43,481 nucleotides of DNA, from NCBI GenBank assembly GCA_016934535.1, contig JAFGSQ010000011.1, forward strand, positions 1 through 43,481, written 5' to 3'. Shown in pieces: positions 1-7,526 of this stretch. Both the position numbers and the translations under genes were made by a program. Below the pieces are notes generated by a model. The model was given only the letters and a program-made list of their open reading frames with translations. It was not told the origin of the DNA and ran no database searches. Position 1 is the first letter of the stretch. Each line of letters opens with the position of its first letter. This DNA comes from a candidate division WOR-3 bacterium. Its GTDB lineage: Bacteria; SDB-A.

Positions 1-73
1 GAACCCACGAGGGAGCTACTAACCCCCTACACGATTTCCAATCGTGCTCCTTCGGCCTCTCGGACATCTCTCC
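1..73 (-). tRNA. tRNA-Ser(GGA), 3' end cut off by the window edge
   Basis: Reverse complement reads GGAGAGATGTCCGAGAGGCCGAAGGAGCACGA-TTGGAAA-TCGTG...GTGGGTTC. It has an anticodon stem CACGA/TCGTG with GGA, a long variable arm and the start of the T-loop GGTTC. Confidence 0.95.
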
Positions 74-87
74 GTTTTAAAGAAAAC

Positions 88-115
88 ATTCTATCATACA
101 ACTATTGAGTGTCAA
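88..115 (-). promoter_or_regulatory. Sigma70-type promoter for tRNA-Ser
   Basis: Minus strand TTGACA (115-110), 16-nt spacer, TAGAAT (93-88) with an extended -10 TG. Confidence 0.6.
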
Positions 116-136
116 GGTTAATGAAACCGCAACTAC

Positions 137-166
137 TTGACTTTCTATTATTTAGGTTTATATTAT
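137..166 (+). promoter_or_regulatory. Sigma70-type promoter for tmRNA
   Basis: TTGACT (137-142) followed by TATATT/TATTAT (159-166), just upstream of the tmRNA 5' end. Confidence 0.55.
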
Positions 167-175
167 AAGATATAA

Positions 176-521
176 GGGGGCGAAAAGGTTTCGACGGGAC
201 TGAATGTCTCAGAGCTGCACGCCGGGCTGCCGATGCTCGTCAAAAAACGGCAAAAAATCAACTGCCAACAGCAGTTATTCACTAGCCGCTTAATTTAGCG
301 GCTCCTCTGCTTCTCTGTCGCCTGTCGTGGAGAATGTCAGGGGTCGCGCAGACAGGCTACCCACTGAACCTTGCGCGGGGGGACGGGGGAAACAAATAGC
401 GCTGGTCCCGAAAAAATCTTGTCCGGAGGAGGTTTTCGGGATGAGAACAAATTCCGGAATAAGCGTGTAGGTGTTTTGAAGGCTACTATCTCGGACGCGG
501 GTTCAATTCCCGCCGCCTCCA
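176..521 (+). ncRNA. ssrA: tmRNA; tag peptide (A)ANSSYSLAA* encoded at 264-293
   Basis: 5' GGGGGCGAAAAGGTTTCGAC and 3' GGACGCGGGTTCAATTCCCGCCGCCTCCA form the tRNA-Ala-like domain with a T-arm. The internal ORF GCC AAC AGC AGT TAT TCA CTA GCC GCT TAA ends in the typical LAA. CCA is not encoded. Confidence 0.97.
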
Positions 522-526
522 TAAAA

Positions 527-865
527 GTGAAAAATAATAGATTTAAAGAAAAAACCAAAAAACTCGAAAGAGAAATTCTAACTCTTTATTATGCCTTCAA
601 AGATGTTGAAGTACCTTGGTATTCAAAGGTTTTTCTCGGCATGGTAATAGTTTATGCTTTAAATCCCATAGATATAATACCTGACTTTATTCCTGCAATT
701 GGATATCTCGACGATGTCATAATAATCAGCGCTGCTGTCTATGTTTCATACAAGATGATACCAAAAAAAATACTGGACAGATGCCGTATAAAAGCCTCGG
801 AAAATCAGGCGTCCGGGCTGGCGATTTCGAGTATTTCGTCCGCTTCTCTACGAGGTAATTCCTGA
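527..865 (+). CDS. YkvA/DUF1232 family small membrane protein
   Basis: Motif VPWYSK...YALNPIDIIPDFIPAIGYLDD. The start is moved to GTG 527 because the longer ORF call runs through the tmRNA. Confidence 0.8.
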   Translation: MKNNRFKEKTKKLEREILTLYYAFKDVEVPWYSKVFLGMVIVYALNPIDIIPDFIPAIGYLDDVIIISAAVYVSYKMIPKKILDRCRIKASENQASGLAISSISSASLRGNS

Positions 866-1971
866 ACTTCTGTAAGCTTCCTCCCTATCGCTCTCGTCCT
901 TTTTTCGGCTTCGGATACTGAACTGGAAGCCTCGTCCAGTTTTTTCTGAATTTTACTGAGCACGTCGTTGTATTTAGTCCATTCTGTCTTTACTGCGCTG
1001 AGAAGATGCCAGACTTCAGACGATCTTTTCTGTATGGCCAGAGTCCTGAAACCCATCTGCAGACTGCTTAAAATAGCCCAAAGAGTCGTCGGTCCGGCAA
1101 CAACTACATGGTTCTCTCTTTGAATTTTTTCTATGAGCCCCGGTTTTCTTACTATTTCAGCAAAAAGACCCTCGACTGGAAGAAACAAAAGCGCAAAATC
1201 CGTCGTCACGGGGGGAAATATGTATTTATCGTGAATATCTTTTGCCGACTTCATTATGTCGGCGTCGAGTGCTTTCGACAACGTTTCAACTTCCGTTTTG
1301 TCGGCCTTCTCCTGTGCTTCAACCAGTTTCTGATAGTTTGAAAGAGGAAATTTCGCGTCTAATGGCAGTAAAATTTTATCTTCTCCGGTTTCGTCCCTTC
1401 CGGGAAGTAAAACGGCGAATTCGACGGCTTCTCTGCCGTTTTTTGGTGAAAAATTTTTGACGTACTGCTCAGGAGCCATGACCTGCTCCAAAATATTTTC
1501 GAGCTGGACCTCGCCCAAAATACCTCTGGTCTTGACGTTAGACAGGACTTTTTTCAAATCCCCAACTCCTGATGCCAGAGTCTGCATTTCTCCGAGACCT
1601 TTATAGACCTGTTCAAGCCTTTCGCTGACAAGACCGAAAGATTCCGTCAGTTTTGTTTCGAGTGTTCCCTGCAGTTTTTCTTCCACCGTCGTTCTTATCG
1701 TTTCAATGCTTTTAGAGTTGTCCTCCCGCATAACTTTCATAGATTCACCCAGCGAGTTTCTTATGTTTTCGAGTTTGTTGTCATTTTCCTGTCGGGATCT
1801 GCTTAATTCATCAAGAAGTCTTTTTTCGGCGGCCTGGTTCTCGCGTAAAAAAGAATCGAAAAGGGATTTGTTTTCCGCCGAAGTTTTTTTGAATATTTTG
1901 AGCAATACGAACAAAAGCAGTAAAACCGAGACCGCGCTCAGACCGAGTGAACAATATAATAAATTTGGCAA
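805..1971 (-). CDS. rmuC: DNA recombination protein RmuC
   Basis: N-terminal TM and coiled coil, then KTRGILGEVQLE, PLDAKFP, TTDFALLFLPVEGLFAE and GPTTL motifs. Confidence 0.93.
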   Translation of the reverse strand: MPNLLYCSLGLSAVSVLLLLFVLLKIFKKTSAENKSLFDSFLRENQAAEKRLLDELSRSRQENDNKLENIRNSLGESMKVMREDNSKSIETIRTTVEEKLQGTLETKLTESFGLVSERLEQVYKGLGEMQTLASGVGDLKKVLSNVKTRGILGEVQLENILEQVMAPEQYVKNFSPKNGREAVEFAVLLPGRDETGEDKILLPLDAKFPLSNYQKLVEAQEKADKTEVETLSKALDADIMKSAKDIHDKYIFPPVTTDFALLFLPVEGLFAEIVRKPGLIEKIQRENHVVVAGPTTLWAILSSLQMGFRTLAIQKRSSEVWHLLSAVKTEWTKYNDVLSKIQKKLDEASSSVSEAEKRTRAIGRKLTEVQELPRREADEILEIASPDA

Positions 1972-1973
1972 AA

Positions 1974-3671
1974 CTATCTCTTTTTTGCCAAAACAAGAAA
2001 ATACACTATACCGCCCAATAGCACGAAAGCCGTGAAGACGAAAATTATAGCGGCAAGAATGTCTTCGGGAATCGCTCTGTTGATGTTTCCGAGCAGGTCA
2101 TATTTCTTCATGACCCAAATCGCGGAGACAATGACAGCAGTGAATAATATTGCTTTCCAAGGAATTTTTTTAGTCGAAAGGTAATAAGCTCCTATCACTG
2201 CTATCAGAAGGGGCATCCATCCCCCTAAGAAAACCGCGAGAGCGGGATATCCTCCGTAGTTCGAGAATAAAATCGATTTTACAGAGAAAAACAGAAGAAC
2301 GAGAGATATTATTGGAATGAAATACTTCACGGAATATATCCACCATTTGCCAATTTTTATTTCCGACTGGGAATTTATATAATTTCGGATATCTTCGGGG
2401 CAAACTGCGTAACCGATGACAAGAGATTCCAGAAAACCGACAGTAAAAAGACCGAAATTGTTCATGAAATGATCCGTTATATCGAGCCAGTAAAGTCCCG
2501 CTCCAGTAGTGAAAAGGAGTCCTACAATGAACGCGGCGGCGGCGACTCCAAGGTTAGTCTTGGTTCTGCTTGTGTTAAATTTATCCATGAGACCCGCTAC
2601 TATACCTTCGACCAGCGAAAAAGCCGAATCAATGGCGAGAGTGAGAAGCATCAGGAAAAACAACACTCCAAAAACAGGCGCGAGCGGAAGTTTTGATATT
2701 ATTTCAGGATAAGTGACGAATGCCAGATGCGGACCTGACTGCATTACATCGCACACGGAAACTCCGCTCAACTTCGCGTAATATCCGAGAGCTGAAAAAA
2801 CGGCAAATCCTCCCACGAAAGCCGTCGCGGCGTCAGCGAGAGCGATTATTACCGCATTGTTGGCTATGTCTGATTTTGGCGGCAAAAAACTCGCGTATGC
2901 TATCATAATACCGAATCCGATCGACAATGAAAAAAACACCTGCGAGAACGCTGCGTGCCAAATTTCGAAATTCAACAGCATCGAAAAATTCGGAATGAGA
3001 TAATATTTTATTCCCTCCATGGCTCCGGGAAGAAAAACTCCCCTGACGACAAATACTATTAAAAGGAGCCACGGAAGAGTTACTGTGACAAAAACTACTT
3101 TTCCGACAGTTTTCGCTCCTTTCCATATGGAAATAATTATCCACACCCAGCTCAGAATAAGTCCTATGATCACGGGAACCTGTAATCTGCCCAAATTAAA
3201 AACACCGTCAGTCAAATGCAGAACGTTTTCGTAGAAAAATTTTTCTGGGCCGATTTGAGACCACGACATTTTTGCCGAATACCAAAGATAGTCAAATGAC
3301 CATCCCATCACAACTGCGTAGTAACAGGTAATGAAAAAACCAATAAAAAGAGCTATCCAGCCGACCCATTGGAAATTTCCTTTTTTTTCCGCCTGTTCCG
3401 TTTCTTCGGCGCTTCCCCTAAACAGGAATTTCAATTTGGAAAAAGCGAAAGGAGCGGAACCGGCCATTTTGTATCCGAGGGCGAATTCAAGAAGAAGAAG
3501 AGGTATTCCCGCCACAAACAAAGCGACAATGTAAGCTATCAAAAAAGAACCGCCACCGTATTTGTAGCAAATGTACGGGAAGCGCCATATATTTCCCAAA
3601 CCGATCGCTGAGCCTATTGCCGCCAGAATAAAAGCAGTTCTTGAATCCCAAAGACCTTTTTCCCTGCTCAT
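1974..3671 (-). CDS. Sodium-dependent NSS (SNF) family transporter with a C-terminal extension
   Basis: AAIGSAIGLGNIWRFPY...GGGSF and QVFFSLSIGFG signatures; many TM segments. Confidence 0.93.
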   Translation of the reverse strand: MSREKGLWDSRTAFILAAIGSAIGLGNIWRFPYICYKYGGGSFLIAYIVALFVAGIPLLLLEFALGYKMAGSAPFAFSKLKFLFRGSAEETEQAEKKGNFQWVGWIALFIGFFITCYYAVVMGWSFDYLWYSAKMSWSQIGPEKFFYENVLHLTDGVFNLGRLQVPVIIGLILSWVWIIISIWKGAKTVGKVVFVTVTLPWLLLIVFVVRGVFLPGAMEGIKYYLIPNFSMLLNFEIWHAAFSQVFFSLSIGFGIMIAYASFLPPKSDIANNAVIIALADAATAFVGGFAVFSALGYYAKLSGVSVCDVMQSGPHLAFVTYPEIISKLPLAPVFGVLFFLMLLTLAIDSAFSLVEGIVAGLMDKFNTSRTKTNLGVAAAAFIVGLLFTTGAGLYWLDITDHFMNNFGLFTVGFLESLVIGYAVCPEDIRNYINSQSEIKIGKWWIYSVKYFIPIISLVLLFFSVKSILFSNYGGYPALAVFLGGWMPLLIAVIGAYYLSTKKIPWKAILFTAVIVSAIWVMKKYDLLGNINRAIPEDILAAIIFVFTAFVLLGGIVYFLVLAKKR

Positions 3672-3686
3672 TTTTCATCCCTCCGT

Positions 3687-4001
3687 TTAATCTCTGAAAG
3701 GTTTGAAAGAAAATTCCTCAAGATCAATTTTCCCTTCTTTGTCAAACACGATTCCTTCTTTTGAAAGCATTTTTTTCTGCAGGGAGTAAGCTCTTTTTTC
3801 AGTAAAAGAGATCTTGCCCATGGAGTTTATGACTCTGTGCCACGGCAAAGAATACTTTTCACTGCAGGAATGAAGTATTCGGGCCACTTGTCGTGCCGAC
3901 CCCGGTGATCCGGCGCAAAAAGCTATTTGCTTGTATGTCATGACTTTTCCCGCCGGGATCATTTTAATAATTTCGGCGACTACGAGAGTGAATTCTTCCA
4001 T
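3687..4001 (-). CDS. Alkyltransferase-like (ATL) protein of the MGMT family
   Basis: IPAGKVMTYKQIA and ARQV motifs. PWHRV has Trp in place of the catalytic Cys of PCHR, which is typical of ATL proteins. Confidence 0.88.
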   Translation of the reverse strand: MEEFTLVVAEIIKMIPAGKVMTYKQIAFCAGSPGSARQVARILHSCSEKYSLPWHRVINSMGKISFTEKRAYSLQKKMLSKEGIVFDKEGKIDLEEFSFKPFRD

Positions 4002-4101
4002 TTACCGGTCGAAAATCCTTTATGTTTCAGTTGAAACATTATAACCTAAAAGAATTAAATCGCAATAATGTATAGTCTCCTGAAATTCGGGAAAGGTCTT
4101 T

Positions 4102-5463
4102 TTGAAAAACGGCGACACAAATAAATTTGATCCTGAAAGCATATCCTATCTAAATATATGGACGTTATCATGGCCCGTGATGGTCTCTTCTCTCGGATTC
4201 ACATTGCTCAATACGGTCGACATGTTCTGGATAGGAAAATTAGGTCACGTGTCCGTCGCCGCCGTCAGCATAGTCGGTTCACTTTTCTGGCTGTTGATGT
4301 CCTCGATTGCTTTGGTTTCGTCAGGCACCGTGGCTTTTGTATCCAGGGCCGCAGGATCCGGCGACAGTGATTTGCTCAAAAACAGCATATCTTTATCACT
4401 ATTTTCATCTTTGATAATATCGGTCTTGATTGTCGTCCCTTCATTTATATTTGCCAGGCAAATACTCGGTTTTTTCGGAGCCGAAAACAATGTTCTCAGA
4501 GAAGGTGCGGTCTATTTGTATATTATGCTCACAGGTTTTCCCGTTATTTTCATTTTTGAAATTTTCAACAACGCTTTCTTCGGCATTGGCGATTCAAAGA
4601 CTCCAATGAAAATTACTTTCATCGCTCTTGTGATAAACATTATTTTGGACCCGTTTCTCGTGTTCGGCTGGTCTTTTTTCCCGAGACTCGAAACAGCTGG
4701 AGCCGCTATTGCGTCAGTGTTTTCACTTTTCGCAGGTTTCTCCATTTATCTATTGTTTTTCTTCAGAAAATTCGGTTTCATCGTCCCTGCCGTTCACACG
4801 AAAATCTTCTCTCAATTCTTCAAAACAGGAGTGCCCGCTTTTTTTTACGGTATCACGAGACCGATAACCGGAACACTTATGTACAGAATAGTGGCATTAT
4901 ACGGAACATCATCCATTGCGGCTTTCGGCATAGGCAGCAGAGTGATAGGAATAACATTTATATACATGGACGGACTCATGATCGCCGTACAGACCTTTGT
5001 AGGACAATTACTGGGAAAGAAAGACCCGAAAAAGGCTAAAAAAGCCGCCATGAGGTCCCTGAAAATGGGTTATTCAGTTCAGATTTTCACTTGCGCTTTC
5101 ATGTTTCTCTTTTCTGATAAAATTATAGCCTTTTTCAATACAAATCCTGACGTGCTTCTCAGCGGTTCTTCTTATTTGAAAGTGATAGGGATTTCGCTCG
5201 TTTTTTATCCTCTTTCTGCCACTTTCAGCGCCGTACACCGAGGTTCCGGTTACAACATACCGCCGCTGATAGCTTCTGTTGTCTCAAACTGGATAATAAA
5301 ATTGCCGCTCTCATACGCTCTTGCAAAGTATCTGGGACTTGATTATACAGGCGTCTGGATTGGAATTGGATTTTCACTTCTCATTGAATCCACGATATTA
5401 GCCTTCTACTACAAAAAAGGGGATTGGTCTCGACATTCAGTACCCCCGACCCCGTGCATATAA
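4102..5463 (+). CDS. MATE family efflux transporter
   Basis: About 12 TM segments; NTVDMFWIGKLG, GDSKTPM, NIILDP and GAAIAS motifs. Confidence 0.92.
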   Translation: MKNGDTNKFDPESISYLNIWTLSWPVMVSSLGFTLLNTVDMFWIGKLGHVSVAAVSIVGSLFWLLMSSIALVSSGTVAFVSRAAGSGDSDLLKNSISLSLFSSLIISVLIVVPSFIFARQILGFFGAENNVLREGAVYLYIMLTGFPVIFIFEIFNNAFFGIGDSKTPMKITFIALVINIILDPFLVFGWSFFPRLETAGAAIASVFSLFAGFSIYLLFFFRKFGFIVPAVHTKIFSQFFKTGVPAFFYGITRPITGTLMYRIVALYGTSSIAAFGIGSRVIGITFIYMDGLMIAVQTFVGQLLGKKDPKKAKKAAMRSLKMGYSVQIFTCAFMFLFSDKIIAFFNTNPDVLLSGSSYLKVIGISLVFYPLSATFSAVHRGSGYNIPPLIASVVSNWIIKLPLSYALAKYLGLDYTGVWIGIGFSLLIESTILAFYYKKGDWSRHSVPPTPCI

Positions 5464-5468
5464 TATCG

Positions 5469-5497
5469 TTGCGTTTTTTATTAATTGTCTCTAAAAT
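5469..5497 (+). promoter_or_regulatory. Putative sigma70 promoter of selenoprotein candidate 1
   Basis: TTGCGT-N17-TAAAAT, then RBS GGGGAGG (5514-5520) before ATG 5528. Confidence 0.5.
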
Positions 5498-5527
5498 GAA
5501 TAATCTTCAAATAGGGGAGGTTTGTTT

Positions 5528-7411
5528 ATGCTATCAATAATGTTGTCGTTGTTGATCGGTTTCAACACCGCTCAATACGTAGTAAACGGCGACTTCGAGC
5601 AGGATCTCAACACGGGATGGAAACAGGTTTTAAACGGAGCCGGAGCAAGCATAACCCGTTCCACCGCCTTTGATCCTGATCCCAATTACGAAGTTCGAGT
5701 CGGTAAATCCACAGGAGGAGGGTACGCCCTTCTTTCACAGACAATTTCGGTTCCGACAACCGATTTGGTTTTTTCAGCCAACGCAAAAATTTACGCTGTG
5801 GCCACTTCGACTGCCTGGGCTGGATCGGCGCTCATTCTGAAGTACCTGGACCAGAACGGAAATATTCTCGGTGAGACGAGAATTTGCGCAAAGACCGGGT
5901 ATTGTCCTTGGGCAAACTCACCGACAATGCATTTGATAGTAGTTCCGGATTCCCAATGGCACAATCATTCTTTCAACGTCAACACCGAACTTGCAAATCT
6001 CACGGCTGTAAATCCAGACAACGTAAAAAATATAGAAATTGCCCTGTTTGACTCAACGTACGATTGTTGAGGGGGCTCAGAATTGGCGGAGGTCTCCGCC
6101 GACGATGTGACACTGTCTTACACAGGCTCAACCCCTTACATAGTCCTTGTTCAGACAACCATAGACGACGATGCCGGAAACAACAACGGCAGACTCGACC
6201 CAGGAGAAACGATAGATCTCACCGCAACTATAAGGAATGCCGGCGGGGTCAATTTCACCAACGTCTCTTCACATTTGATATCAACAGACCCCTACATCAA
6301 CATAACCGATAACACAGGTGTATTCGGCGCTCTCATGATAGACAGTGTAAAAACTAACAATTCGGATCCCTTCACTTTGACTTGCAACGCTTCAACTCCC
6401 GAAGGGCATGAAGCCTCGTTCGGCCTTGTGATTAACGACGGAAGTTATTATGACACACTTGAATTTATAATAGTTGCGGGACATTATTCTTACCTCGTAC
6501 TCAATCTCGACGCCACCCCTCAGTCCGGAAATAACATCGACAGTATTTTGGACGCTCTCGGATATTCGGGAACCGTCACCGCGTCTCTTCCTTCCGATCT
6601 CTCCATATACAGGACTTTGTTCGTATGCCTCGGAATTTATCCAAACAACACAGTAGTTTCAGCTGGAGGCGAAATAGCGAACTCTATTGTGGCTTTCCTC
6701 AATAACGGCGGAAGCGTTTACATGGAGGGCGGCGACATGTGGTACTACGATATCGGGACCGGAGGTCACGATTTCGGACCGATGTTCGGTATACAACCTG
6801 TCGCTGACGGATCAGGTAATCTCGGACCTGTTGTAGGCATTTCAGGCACCTTCACTGCGACGATGAATTTCAACTACGGCGGTGAAAACAGCTACATAGA
6901 CCAGATAAACGCCACCGGAACCGGTACAGTTATATTCAGTGACGGAAACGACAACTACAACTGCGGAGTGGCTAATCAAACCTCAACATACAGAACCGTC
7001 GGCACGAGTTTCGAGCTCGGAATGCTCACAGATGCAGCTGACGCTTCGACCAGATCCGATTTACTCGACTCTATAATGACCTTCTTCCTGGAAGGATTGA
7101 ACGCCGTCGCCGAACAACCTGTTGTAAATCCATCGCCGACTTCTCTCATGATCACCCCGAACCCGTTCGTAAAACATGTGACTATAAGTTTCACAGCTCC
7201 GTCCGGAGTTACATCCGGAATGGAAATATTTGACATCTCGGGAAGAATAGTCAGAGAGTTTTCCTTCGGACAATCGGAAAACGACCGGATAGTCACGGTA
7301 AATTGGGACGGTAAAGACGGAAACGGAATTGAAGTGCCGGAGGGCGTCTATTTTGTCAATGTCATAGCCGGAGAAAGTTCGGGTTCAGAAAAACTGATTT
7401 TGGTAAAATAA
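5528..7411 (+). CDS. Candidate secreted selenoprotein, paralog 1 (627 aa; TGA at codon 181 read as Sec; C-terminal FlgD/T9SS-type domain)
   Basis: ORFs 5522-6070 and 6083-7411 are in the same frame, separated by a single TGA (6068-6070) in ...YDC-TGA-GGSELAEVSADD. A SECIS-like hairpin follows. Hydrophobic N-terminus; C-terminus PNPF...IFDISGR...WDGKD...GVYFV...KLILVK. Confidence 0.8.
6083..6102 (+). promoter_or_regulatory. Bacterial SECIS-like hairpin, copy 1
   Basis: TTGGCGGA-GGTC-TCCGCCGA: 8-bp stem with one G-U pair and a GGUC loop starting 21 nt after the TGA. Confidence 0.78.
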
Positions 7412-7412
7412 T

Positions 7413-7437
7413 AAAAGGGGGCCACTGCCCCCTTTTT
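7413..7437 (+). terminator. Intrinsic terminator after paralog 1
   Basis: AAAAGGGGGC-CACT-GCCCCCTTTTT hairpin with a U tract. Confidence 0.85.
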
Positions 7438-7526
7438 CTTTTCACTGATTTCTTTTCCGTTTATTTGCGCCGGCAGCAGAAAGCGAATGATATTGCAGTT
7501 TAAAAATCACATAGCGGGAGCCTAGC

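Noticed and set aside
1-73. The tRNA could be tRNA-Sec (selC)
   Set aside because: The anticodon is GGA (Ser), not TCA. No sel genes are visible in this window.
337-558. ORF 337-558 (-) and the N-terminal part of ORF 371-865 (+)
   Set aside because: Both overlap the tmRNA and are spurious translations of a structured RNA.
5864-5883. Second shared string CTCGGTGAGACGAGAAT (also 7866-7882), forming a hairpin in copy 1
   Set aside because: The stem shrinks to 4 bp in copy 2, no UGA is nearby, and the identity is explained by the conserved LGETRI peptide.
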